Shown here piece after piece: positions 19,894 to 29,088 of a DNA stretch of 64,000 nt. The notes beneath the pieces are model-generated. The model did no database searches. It saw only the letters and a list, made by a program, of their open reading frames with translations, and was not told the origin of the DNA. The stretch is from a bacterium (GTDB lineage: Bacteria > JADJOY01). The position numbers and the translations under genes are program-made. Numbering within the stretch: the stretch's first letter is position 1; every line of letters starts with the position of its first letter. Location: contig JAXLQJ010000003.1 in NCBI GenBank assembly GCA_046331705.1, positions 124,001 through 188,000 on the forward strand. Reading direction: 5' to 3'.

Positions 19894-19933
19894 GTCCGCT
19901 CCGAGCGGGTCCGCGCGAGAGGGTGCGCCGAAG

Positions 19934-21451
19934 CTACTCGACGTAGCCGAGCGAGCGCAAAAGCTCGTTCGGTGCCTCGGGCCGCGAGGACGTCCCATCG
20001 CTCGATCCAGCAGGGCTACCGCGCCAGAGGTCGAGGCGGGCACTCATGGCGGCGAGGCGCTCGGGCTGATCGAGCACGGGTGCGCGCTCGGCGGGATCGA
20101 CGTCGAGATCGAAGAGCTCGAGGGACCGCGCGCCTGCGATTCCCGGATCGTGAAGAACGAGCTTGAAGCGACCTTCGCGAAGCGCGTACGCCTCGTAGCG
20201 GATCTCCGACGGCAGCCGGTAGTACGCGTGAATCGGTGCCGTCCGCGCCGCGCCGTCCCCGGCTCTCGGCAGTCGTGGCAGCGCGGCGAGCTCGTCGCCC
20301 GCGCCGAGCACGTCGAGCAACGTGCCCGCGAGCGCGACCGTCGACACCGGCGCATCGACGACGACGCCGCGCACGCCTCCCGGAGGGCGCACGATCAGCG
20401 GCACGTGCAGCACCTCCTGGTACACGTCCATGTGCATGAAGAACCGATGCTCACCGAAGGCCTCGCCGTGGTCCGCCGTGAACGCGAGCGCGGTGCCTGC
20501 ATCGAGCGCTCGCCCCCGCAATCCTTCGAGCAGTCGGCGCACGCCGTCGTCGACGTACGCGACGCCGCCGTCGTAGAGCCGTGCGAGCGTGTCCGCCGCG
20601 TCAGCGGGCAGCGTGAGCGGTGCGGGTAACGCGCGCCCGTCGACGAGCGCGTGATCGAGCGCCCACAAGAAATCCTGCGCGTGGCCGAGTCCCGGCGCGC
20701 CCCAGCTGAACGAGCGCGCGCCACCCTCGCCGAGGAAGCGTGAGCGGTACGGCTCGGGCTTGTCGTAGGGGAAGCAACGGGGATCGTCGCACGCCGCGCC
20801 GCGCGGCACCGCATGGGCCGACTTGGTGTGCAGGAAGAGGAAGAACGGGCGCGAGCGATCGCGTGTGTCGAGCCAGGCGAGTGCCGCCGCCACCGTGGCG
20901 CGCACGTCGTACTTGAAGACCGGCGGCAGCCCGGTGACGTGCGGAGCGTGCTGGTAGACGTCGAAGCCGCGCGCGAAGCCCCAGCGGCTGCCGACGAATC
21001 CATCCGGCGCCGAATCCACGAACGCCGCCGTCTGATAGCCGCGCCGGTGCAGGATCTCCGCGAGCGTGGTCGCCGGGGCGGGAATCTCGGCGGGATCACC
21101 GCGCAACCCCAGCTCGTACGGGTGGCGGCCCGTGAGCAACGCCACGTGGGCGGGGAACGTCCATCCCGCCGGCGACACGGCCTCGGCGTAGCGGATCGAC
21201 TCGGCGGCGAGAGCATCGAGGTTGGGCGAGGTCGGCAGCGAATGGCCGTAGCAGCCGAGGTGATCCGCGCGCAACGTGTCGATCGAGACGAGCACGAGAT
21301 TGGGAGGCGCAGCCGGTGCCGGCGCGGGCATCGCGCCTGGCGCGGGCTCCGAAGACCGGGCACAGGCTGCAGGGGACCCGAGCAACACGACGGCGAGGAG
21401 CACGGCCGCGAGGCGGCCCTCGCCCTCCGAATGCCGTTGCCCTGGCTTCAT
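19934..21451 (-). CDS. Sulfatase-like hydrolase/transferase, Thr-nucleophile type
   Basis: NLVLVSIDTLRADHLGCYG, GWTFPAHVALLTG, TADHGE, ELFDLDVDPAE, C-terminal LRSLGY. Confidence 0.9.
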   Translation of the reverse strand: MKPGQRHSEGEGRLAAVLLAVVLLGSPAACARSSEPAPGAMPAPAPAAPPNLVLVSIDTLRADHLGCYGHSLPTSPNLDALAAESIRYAEAVSPAGWTFPAHVALLTGRHPYELGLRGDPAEIPAPATTLAEILHRRGYQTAAFVDSAPDGFVGSRWGFARGFDVYQHAPHVTGLPPVFKYDVRATVAAALAWLDTRDRSRPFFLFLHTKSAHAVPRGAACDDPRCFPYDKPEPYRSRFLGEGGARSFSWGAPGLGHAQDFLWALDHALVDGRALPAPLTLPADAADTLARLYDGGVAYVDDGVRRLLEGLRGRALDAGTALAFTADHGEAFGEHRFFMHMDVYQEVLHVPLIVRPPGGVRGVVVDAPVSTVALAGTLLDVLGAGDELAALPRLPRAGDGAARTAPIHAYYRLPSEIRYEAYALREGRFKLVLHDPGIAGARSLELFDLDVDPAERAPVLDQPERLAAMSARLDLWRGSPAGSSDGTSSRPEAPNELLRSLGYVE

Positions 21452-24045
21452 GCCGAAGGCGCTCGCTTTCGCCGGGCAAGCGCGAGCCCGCCGCTACCGA
21501 GCAACGCCGTCGCTGCGCTCAGCGCGACACCCCACCGCAGCGACGCCGGCTCGTAGCCGAGCACGACCCGATGCTCGCCGGCCGGCACCACGACGCCCCG
21601 GAACGCCGTGTTCACGAGGACGACCGGCGCCGGATCGTCGTCGATCCGCGCTTGCCAACCTGGGTAGTCCACCTCGCTCGAGGCCAGCAGCGCCGCGCGT
21701 GGCGACGAGGTCGCGAGCTCGATGCGGTTGGCTCGGTAGCTCACGATCTGGATGCGCGCGTCGTTGCCGAGCGGCTCACTGGACGGCGGCAGGCCGCTCG
21801 CGCGCCCCGCGGGAACCAAGACGGCGTGACGGAGATCGAACGCGGGCTCGAAGAGTCGCGCGCGCCCCTCCTCGTCGGAAGCGTAGGTCTCGATCCGCTC
21901 CGCCCAGAAGAAGCGCTCGAGCGGCTCGGCGTTTCGGTAGACGTGCACGCCGCCCCCACCCCACACCGTCTCGAGCGGCAGCGGGGCGTCGGCGAGCACG
22001 TAGCCGACGCCCAGCAGGTCGAGGAGACGCCCGGTGCGCTCGGACCACGAGTGGAAGGCGAGGAAGTACTTGTCGCCGACCACCACGCCTGGCTCGGCGG
22101 CTTCGACCAACCGACCGAAGCGATCGAGGGCGGCGGCGCTCGATCCGTGGATGTCGAAGATCCGGGCGAGCTGCGGAGTGTTCGCTGGATAGAGGAGCCC
22201 CGCACGCGCCTGGACCCGCGCGATCCGCTCGGGGGAAGCCAGCAGCGATTCGAGACGGGTGGTCGGCACCAGCGGCATCGACTGCGCCGGGTTGAACGCC
22301 CAGCCGAATCTCGCCGCCGGCACGAACGAGAGCACCAGCGTCGCTGGCAGCGCGAACCGCCGAAGGCTCGGACGGAGCGGTGCCGCGGCCACGAGCGCGA
22401 GCACCAGGATCGCGGCGCCGCATTCGACCAGCGCCGCACCCACCAGCGCCGGATCCGCGATCAGCCGATGGCCGATCCGCGTCAGGACCTCGAGCGTGCC
22501 GCCGCGCACTCGTTCGTCGGCGACGACGGGCGCCACCGTCGCCGCAGCGAGCAACACCACCGCGAGCATCACCAGTGGCCTGCCGACGCGGGGCGCTTCG
22601 CCGGCGGGCGCGTCGCCGGCCAGGCGGGCATAACCATGCGCCGCGAGCACCGCGATCGCGGCGATGTAGACGAAGCTGATCCGATCCGGCCGCGAGAACC
22701 GAAACCCCGGCACGATCCAGTAGACCAGCGTCAGCAGCGGAGTCCCGAGCAGCACCGCCAGCGCGGCAATCGCCAGCAGCGCGAAGAAGATCGTGCGCGC
22801 GTCGCGCGGCCGCACGACCGCCACGAGCGCGAGCAAGAGCGGCAAGAGCCCCGTGTACAGATTCTCGCCGCATGCGTTGAGCCCCCAAACGGCGGGTGCC
22901 TCGGGATGCGCCACGAGCCGGATCGCGACCTCGTCGAGCCAGTAGCTGCCGTCGACAGGGCTTCCGAACACGTTCGGCAGCAACGCCTGGACGATCCCCA
23001 CCGCCGGCAACGCGGCCCGCGCCGCCGAAGCGAGCGACACCGGAGCCCGGAGGCTGTGCGCGACCAGCTCCGCGAACGGGACGAGCTGGAATCCCGCCAG
23101 CGCGAGCCCGGCTGCGCTCGCGACCGCGAAGGCAACCACCGGCGCGACCGCCGAGACGAGCCTCGGGCGCCCCCTCCTCTCCCCGGTCGACACCGCCGAA
23201 CCGGCGCCCACCGCTCGCATCAGCAGGTACGCGAGCGCGACTCCCGCCGACAGCGTCCACACCTGCGGATGGGCGCCGAGAAACCCCAAGAACGCGGCGC
23301 CGGTGACCAGCGCGATGCCGCGCCGGCGCCGCGCCGGCCCGGCGAGCTCCTCGGCCCCCAGCAGCCAGAGCGGCAGCCACGTGCCCGTGTACACGTAGCT
23401 CGGCGCGCCGAAACGCACCAGGAAGAAGCCGTTGAGCGCGAACGCCGCGCCGCCGACGAGCGCGGCATCGCGACCGAGCCCGGTGCGCCGCAGGAACGCG
23501 AACGTGAGCAGACCGGCGAGCGCCACGTGAAGCGCCAAGCTCATGCCGATGCCCCGCACCGGCGCCGCGAGATTGAACGGCAACGAGAGCGGATAGAGCG
23601 CGTTCGATTGGATGAGCGCCAGGTGTGGATAGCCGCAGAAGATGAACGGGTTCCACAGCGGCAGCTGCCCCGCGCGCAGCTGTTCCGCGTTCCACGCCCA
23701 CCACGGCACACTGAGCAGCAACGCGTCGGACATCAGCTCGTTCGAGCGCGCTGGCGACGGCGACCCGCTCGTCGCTCCCAGCGACCACGGAAAGACGGTC
23801 TTGGGATCGATGGGCGAGAGCACCCGCCCAGGTGCCAGGTAGGGCGCGAAGAAGCCGAGGCTCAGCACCGCGAAGACGACCAGCGCCGCCAGCCGCTCCC
23901 GCCACACGACGCGCCTGCCGACGAGGGCCTCGGCAGCAACGCCGCCGCGCGTCCCCAACCCATCCGGCCCCGGCGGATCGCGGCGATCCGACGCGCTGGC
24001 GGAGGGCGCCGCGCCGTCGGAACCGTCCGCCGTATCGCGCCGCAT
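21448..24045 (-). CDS. YfhO-family membrane glycosyltransferase (GT-C)
   Basis: GQLPLWNPFIFCGYP, LYPL, GAHPQ, ENLYTG, and C-terminal SEVDYPGWQARID...FRGVVVPAGEHRVVLGYEP plus TM. Confidence 0.9.
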   Translation of the reverse strand: MRRDTADGSDGAAPSASASDRRDPPGPDGLGTRGGVAAEALVGRRVVWRERLAALVVFAVLSLGFFAPYLAPGRVLSPIDPKTVFPWSLGATSGSPSPARSNELMSDALLLSVPWWAWNAEQLRAGQLPLWNPFIFCGYPHLALIQSNALYPLSLPFNLAAPVRGIGMSLALHVALAGLLTFAFLRRTGLGRDAALVGGAAFALNGFFLVRFGAPSYVYTGTWLPLWLLGAEELAGPARRRRGIALVTGAAFLGFLGAHPQVWTLSAGVALAYLLMRAVGAGSAVSTGERRGRPRLVSAVAPVVAFAVASAAGLALAGFQLVPFAELVAHSLRAPVSLASAARAALPAVGIVQALLPNVFGSPVDGSYWLDEVAIRLVAHPEAPAVWGLNACGENLYTGLLPLLLALVAVVRPRDARTIFFALLAIAALAVLLGTPLLTLVYWIVPGFRFSRPDRISFVYIAAIAVLAAHGYARLAGDAPAGEAPRVGRPLVMLAVVLLAAATVAPVVADERVRGGTLEVLTRIGHRLIADPALVGAALVECGAAILVLALVAAAPLRPSLRRFALPATLVLSFVPAARFGWAFNPAQSMPLVPTTRLESLLASPERIARVQARAGLLYPANTPQLARIFDIHGSSAAALDRFGRLVEAAEPGVVVGDKYFLAFHSWSERTGRLLDLLGVGYVLADAPLPLETVWGGGGVHVYRNAEPLERFFWAERIETYASDEEGRARLFEPAFDLRHAVLVPAGRASGLPPSSEPLGNDARIQIVSYRANRIELATSSPRAALLASSEVDYPGWQARIDDDPAPVVLVNTAFRGVVVPAGEHRVVLGYEPASLRWGVALSAATALLGSGGLALARRKRAPSA

Positions 24046-24058
24046 CCGATCTCCCGGC

Positions 24059-25486
24059 TCAGGGCGTGTAGCCGAGCGCGCGCAAGCGCTGCTCTTCCTC
24101 GCTGGGCAGCGCGGGCAACATCGCCTCGCCCACCGGCGTCGCGGCTCGCCAGCGCGCCAGCCGCTCGGCCAAGTCCTGGACACGCGCCGGTTCCGCTTGC
24201 GCGAGGTCGGTGCGCTCGGCGGGATCGCGCGCGACATCGAAGAGCTGTCGGCTCCCTTCCTCGGGTGCCTCGATGTACTTCCACGGACCGAACCGGATCG
24301 CGAGCTTGGGACCGCTCACCGTGAACCCGTCCACCGGCGACGTCTTGTAGAGCCGCCGCTCCATCACCACGGCGTGCTCGGGAGCCGGAGCGCCCCGCGT
24401 GAGCACGGGCGCGAGGCTCACGCCCTGCAGGGGCCGCGGAGCCGACGTGCCGCCGGCCAGTGCCAGCACCGTGGGCATGAGATCGACGAGACCCACCGGT
24501 GCCGCCACCCGCGCGCCAGCGTGAACCTGTCCGCTCCAGCGCACCAGCCACGGCACCCGCACTGCTTCCTCGAAGAGCATGAGGCCATGGTGCATGTGAC
24601 CGTGGTCCATGAGCCCTTCGCCGTGATCGCCGACCACCACGAGCAACGTGTTGCGGGGATCGAGGACCCGATCGAGCGCGCCCACCAGACGCGCCAGCTC
24701 GGCGTCCGTGAAGGCGATCTCGCCGTCGTACGCGGCGACGTCCCGGGCCAGCGCATCCGCCGCCGGCGCGCTCGGCGCGAAGCGCGTGCGGTACGGCTCA
24801 GGCGGCTCGTAGGGGTCGTGGGGATCGAAGTAATGCACCCACAGGAAGAGCGGTTGAACGGCAGCGGGCGCGCTCGCGGCGCCCTTCGCTCCCGTGCCGC
24901 GAGCCTCGAGCCACGCCACCACCTTGCTCGTCACCTCGTCGGCGCGTCGATCGAAGGTCCCCTCGACCGTCATCCCCTCCCACTCCGGGGACTTGAACGA
25001 GGCATTGGCGCCGGTGAAGTCGTCGTCGAAGCGGTCGAAGCCGCGCGCCAACCCGAAGCGCGCGTTGAGCACGTACGAGCTGACGAAGGCGGCGGTCTCG
25101 TAGCCCGCGCCGCGCAGCACCTCCGCGAGCGTGGGAATCGTCGCTCCGAGCACCAGGCCGTTCTTGACCACGCCGTGGGAGCGAGGATGGAGACCCGTCA
25201 GCATCGTCGCATGCGACGGCGACGTCGTGGCCATGGGCGCATACGCCGCCTCGAACGTGGTGCCCGCGCGCGCCAGCGACTGCAGGCCCGGCGTGGTCGG
25301 CCTCGAGTAGCCGTAGACCGAGCAATGATCGGCCCGCACCGTATCGAGCGTGACCAGCACCACGTTCGGCCGCGTCCCAACCGCACCGATCGGCTGCCGA
25401 GAGCACGCGCCCACGAGCGCGGCCAGCGCGGTCATCGCCGCGAACAGCGCACCGCGCACCGCGCGCCCTCGCGCACCCGCACTCAT
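24059..25486 (-). CDS. Sulfatase-like lipoprotein, Thr-nucleophile type
   Basis: Lipobox LVGAC, RPNVVLVTLDTVRADH, ATTSPSHATMLTG, HYFDPHDPY, VGDHGE, C-terminal LRALGY. Confidence 0.9.
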   Translation of the reverse strand: MSAGARGRAVRGALFAAMTALAALVGACSRQPIGAVGTRPNVVLVTLDTVRADHCSVYGYSRPTTPGLQSLARAGTTFEAAYAPMATTSPSHATMLTGLHPRSHGVVKNGLVLGATIPTLAEVLRGAGYETAAFVSSYVLNARFGLARGFDRFDDDFTGANASFKSPEWEGMTVEGTFDRRADEVTSKVVAWLEARGTGAKGAASAPAAVQPLFLWVHYFDPHDPYEPPEPYRTRFAPSAPAADALARDVAAYDGEIAFTDAELARLVGALDRVLDPRNTLLVVVGDHGEGLMDHGHMHHGLMLFEEAVRVPWLVRWSGQVHAGARVAAPVGLVDLMPTVLALAGGTSAPRPLQGVSLAPVLTRGAPAPEHAVVMERRLYKTSPVDGFTVSGPKLAIRFGPWKYIEAPEEGSRQLFDVARDPAERTDLAQAEPARVQDLAERLARWRAATPVGEAMLPALPSEEEQRLRALGYTP

Positions 25487-25529
25487 GGCGCCACGCTCGG
25501 GAGGCGGTGCGAGCGAGCGAGGGCTCGAA

Positions 25530-28500
25530 TCAGTTGCACACGCGCGGGGGCGACGCCCTGGTCCACGCACAGGTATCGCCCAGATCGAAGCCATCCGAGA
25601 AGATCTCCGGGTTCATCGGTTGGAACTTGGCGATCACGTGGAGCGACGCACCGATGGGCACCACCAGAGGGTTCGCCGTCGAAACGACGTCACCGAGCCA
25701 TCCGACGAACTCGAACCCCTCGTTCGGGCTCGCGAGCAGCTTCGCATTCGTTCCCGCTTGGTAATCGGCGAGTCCGCACGTGGGGCTCGAGCCGACGACC
25801 GTGCCGCTCTCCGCGGGATCCGAATCCAAGGCCAGGGTGTAGCACGGTGCGCCCTCGCACGCGTTGCCGCGGCCGTCCCCGTCGTCGTCCGCCTGATCGG
25901 CGTTGCCATCGAGGGGACAGTTGTCCTCCGATTCACACACGCCGTCACCGTCGCCGTCGTTCTCGGGATCGTACGGACAGGGATCGAGCGGGGCGCACGC
26001 TCCGTCCGCGTCCAGATCGTCGTCGTAGTCGCCGGGACACGGATCGCACACATCCCCGTTTCCGTCGTCGTCCGAATCGGTCTGGATGGCGGGCGAGGCG
26101 TGCGGGCAGTTGTCGCAGAGATCGGGTGCCCCGTCCGCGTCGGCATCCGCCGTCGGCGAGGACGCGATCGTGATCTCGGTCGACGCCAGATGGCCCGCGC
26201 CCGCCGCACCCGCGCCAACGGCGTCCAGCAGGTGCGAGCCGAGGGTACCGAGGTCGACGGGCAACGCGATGGACGCGTCGAGCGCACCCTGACCGTCGGC
26301 ATGGAGCGTGCCGAGCTGGGTGACCACACCGAAGGTCTGGGACTTCACGCGCACGTACACGAGGTCTCCTGCGGCGAATCCGGAGGCACGCAGGCGCAAG
26401 GTCTGGCCCCGCGCGAACCAACCTGGGCGCGTCACGCACGGCGGCGCCGGATCGGCCGAGACCTCGAGGTCCGTCCACGTGGGCGCCACCAGCACGGATG
26501 GCGTGACCGCCATCGCCGCGGGTTGCCGAGCGGCGCCTTCGGGCGGATTCCTGGGAAGCCCGTTGCAGAGGAAACCGTGCTCCCAGCCCTGGTTCCTCTT
26601 GGCTTCCAGGTACGACATCAGCGCCCTGCCGTACTCGAGCTGGCCGCGCTCGTTCGGGTGGAAGCTCGCGGCCTTCGGGCTCTTCGCGCCCGAGATCCAC
26701 TCCTGCCCCTTCGGTGCGCACACCTCGTGGCCGCGGAATCGCTGGCTGACTTCGCCGACGAACTGGACCCCCGCCGCCGTCGTCGCCGCGCGGATCGCAT
26801 CGTCGAGCGCCTTGCCGGCGCTCACGATGAAGAGCCGCTCGGCCTGGCTCAGACCGAACCGACCGAAGGTGCCCAGACAGCTCGCGTCGCCCACCAGAAC
26901 CGGATAGTTGAGGACGAACACGGCGGCATCCTGCGCGCTGCTCCGGATGTCGCGGTAGACGCTCTCGAGGTCCGTTCGCGCCTGCGCGACACGGGCGGCG
27001 AGCACCTCTGGCCACGTTCCGGTGCCGTAGGGCAGGTGCGCTTGCTCGGTGGTGCAGTCGCCGAAGAGGCAGCGCTCCACCGCCGGCCCGAACGCAACGT
27101 CGTTCCCGCCGATGGTGATGGACACCATGTTGGTGGTGTCCATCACGACGCCCTGATCGAGCTGCGGCGGCTCCGTGAAGCGCCACACGCCGCCTTTCGC
27201 GTACGGCTTCACGTTCTTCGTCTCCGCACCGCTGCACGCGATGAACTTCCAGTCGAACTCCGGATCACCGACCGCCAGCTGCCAGACGGTCTCGGTATTC
27301 CCGGGCGTGCGGATCTTGGTCGCGTAGGCGTTCTCGGAGCGGTGGCATTGGTCCGTCTCCGTGTCGGTGCCGAAGAAATAGTCCGGCACGTTCTCGCCCG
27401 AGGAGTAGGAGTCGCCGAGGGCCGCGTAACGAACCGGGCAATGGATTCCATGGTGGTCGAAGATCGGAAGCAGCGGCGTCGCCGGATCGCGAGGCTTCAC
27501 AAACGCATCGTGAAACGCGCAGACGTCGGCGGGCCGCTCCGCCGCGACCGTCGACCAGATCGGCTCCAATCCGAACGCCACCGCATCCCAGCCTTCCGCA
27601 TCGAGCGGCGTGTCGAAGACGTCCCATAGCGTCGCCGCAACGGCACCCTCGTCCTTGCGATCCGCCGCGGGAGGCACCAAGGACTCGAGATCGCGCAGAT
27701 GCGTGATCTCGCCGCCCGGCGCGGCGGTGTCGACGAACGTGCGATCTCGCTGCATCGCCGCTTGCAGGAAGTACGACCAGCCGTGCACCCAGGCGCAGCC
27801 CGAGCTGGAAGGCGTCCCCCACTCGTGCGTGAGACAATTCGGGGTCGCGGGCGGGACGCCCCCGTAGAGCAGGTAGAGCACGTAGAGCGCGTACATGCGC
27901 AGCACCACGTCGTCGTCCTGCTGATCTCCGGAAGCGATCTGCACGATGCGCGAGGGGATCGAGAACCCGGTGGAGGCATCCGGGAAGCGCACCTGGAGCC
28001 GGCCGTCGTTCACGAAGCCGACATCCGCCTCGAGCGTGTCGAAGGCTTCGTTCGCGAGCAGATCGAAGACGTGCTCGGCACCGCTCGAATCCGCGCGGCG
28101 GTCCGCGAGATTCCATTCGACGGTTCCCGTGCACACGTCGCGCGCCGGCGAGCTGGAGGTGTTCACGTTGTAGATCGTGTTGGTCGAGGTGGTCGCCACC
28201 ACCGAGAACTCCGTCGGCGCGCCCGCGAGCGAGCCGCAGCGATCGCCCACGCCATCGCTGCACGTCTGCGACGACACGAACAGGTCCACCGAGTTGCCCG
28301 GCGGGTTGTAGAGGCAGAACACGAAATCGCCGGCCGCATCCGTGGTCGTCGCGTCGAAGTACTGGAACGTGAAGCTCTCCTTCACCCAGAGCTCGACGCG
28401 CGAGCGTCGGAGCGGCGCGTCCTCGCATCCCACTCGCACCGGATCCAGCGCGTGCTCGCGCGTGACCGTCGGCGTAAGCCCCGAGCACGTGATCTCGGAG

Positions 28501-28811
28501 GCGAAGTCCCGGATCACCGATCCGTCGCTGCAACCGGGCGGTGCGTACCCAACGCTTCCACGCACGACCAGATTGGTGTCGCCGCCGCAGCGCGGATCGA
28601 CGACCGAAGGGGCCGCACCTGCGTCGAGACTCCGCGGATCGTTCACGCGCAGACCCGTGCGGCCAGCATGCGCGGCGGCGGGCCCCGCGGTGTCGAAGGC
28701 GGGCTCGTCGTCGAACGACGCGAGCTCGCCTGCAGCGGCTCGGCCACCGGCGACCGCGAGCACCAGGGCGATGGCAACCCTCCCGAGCGCCGCTCTTCCT
28801 GGAATCACCAT
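25530..28811 (-). CDS. Large secreted multidomain protein: degenerate zincin-like domain, SEST-like SGNH esterase, Ig-like domain, thrombospondin type-3 repeats, InlB-B-like repeat, C-terminal tag
   Basis: Signal peptide. YAALGDSYSSGE..CHRSENAY, IACSGA, TIGGND and SFHPN (SGNH). DxDxDG..D.CD.CP repeats. SPNEGFEFVGWLGD. Ends IFSDGFDLGDTCAWTRASPPRVCN. Confidence 0.85.
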   Translation of the reverse strand: MVIPGRAALGRVAIALVLAVAGGRAAAGELASFDDEPAFDTAGPAAAHAGRTGLRVNDPRSLDAGAAPSVVDPRCGGDTNLVVRGSVGYAPPGCSDGSVIRDFASEITCSGLTPTVTREHALDPVRVGCEDAPLRRSRVELWVKESFTFQYFDATTTDAAGDFVFCLYNPPGNSVDLFVSSQTCSDGVGDRCGSLAGAPTEFSVVATTSTNTIYNVNTSSSPARDVCTGTVEWNLADRRADSSGAEHVFDLLANEAFDTLEADVGFVNDGRLQVRFPDASTGFSIPSRIVQIASGDQQDDDVVLRMYALYVLYLLYGGVPPATPNCLTHEWGTPSSSGCAWVHGWSYFLQAAMQRDRTFVDTAAPGGEITHLRDLESLVPPAADRKDEGAVAATLWDVFDTPLDAEGWDAVAFGLEPIWSTVAAERPADVCAFHDAFVKPRDPATPLLPIFDHHGIHCPVRYAALGDSYSSGENVPDYFFGTDTETDQCHRSENAYATKIRTPGNTETVWQLAVGDPEFDWKFIACSGAETKNVKPYAKGGVWRFTEPPQLDQGVVMDTTNMVSITIGGNDVAFGPAVERCLFGDCTTEQAHLPYGTGTWPEVLAARVAQARTDLESVYRDIRSSAQDAAVFVLNYPVLVGDASCLGTFGRFGLSQAERLFIVSAGKALDDAIRAATTAAGVQFVGEVSQRFRGHEVCAPKGQEWISGAKSPKAASFHPNERGQLEYGRALMSYLEAKRNQGWEHGFLCNGLPRNPPEGAARQPAAMAVTPSVLVAPTWTDLEVSADPAPPCVTRPGWFARGQTLRLRASGFAAGDLVYVRVKSQTFGVVTQLGTLHADGQGALDASIALPVDLGTLGSHLLDAVGAGAAGAGHLASTEITIASSPTADADADGAPDLCDNCPHASPAIQTDSDDDGNGDVCDPCPGDYDDDLDADGACAPLDPCPYDPENDGDGDGVCESEDNCPLDGNADQADDDGDGRGNACEGAPCYTLALDSDPAESGTVVGSSPTCGLADYQAGTNAKLLASPNEGFEFVGWLGDVVSTANPLVVPIGASLHVIAKFQPMNPEIFSDGFDLGDTCAWTRASPPRVCN
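25855..26150 (-). repeat. Thrombospondin type-3-like Ca-binding repeats (about 5-6 units) within the 1093-aa protein
   Basis: DADADGAPDLCDNCP / DSDDDGNGDVCDPCP / DLDADGACAPLDPCP / DGDGDGVCESEDNCP / DDDGDGRGNACE. Confidence 0.8.
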
Positions 28812-29088
28812 CGGCTGCCTCGCCGACGCCGCGCCAGCGCGCCGAGGGTCTCGCGGCCTACCCCGAGCGGGATCGAGACAGCGCTCGAACGAAGATGGGA
28901 CGAGGCGGCGGCGAGATCGTCAGGCCTCGAGACCACGAGCACTCCCGCGTGGGTACCCGCTGAAACCCGGCAGACCTACGGAAAATTGGGGATATCCCGA
29001 GTCTACGTCCAGACGCTCGAACGGCGTCAAGCCGTGGGCAGGCGGTTGCGCTGCGGTGCCGAGACGAGCGCGGTCGTTCGGCGCGGGC

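Noticed and set aside
21316-24324. 1002-aa plus-strand ORF
   Set aside because: Shadow of yfhO; stop codons are rare on the antisense strand of high-GC genes.
25855-26150. Repeated GTCGTCGTC-like DNA suggesting a CRISPR or tandem array
   Set aside because: Explained by Asp-rich thrombospondin type-3 protein repeats; no constant repeat-spacer structure and no cas genes.
29000-29030. TTGACG...TAGACT promoter on the minus strand upstream of the 1093-aa gene
   Set aside because: The 19-nt spacer is suboptimal; possible, but not supportable as a feature.
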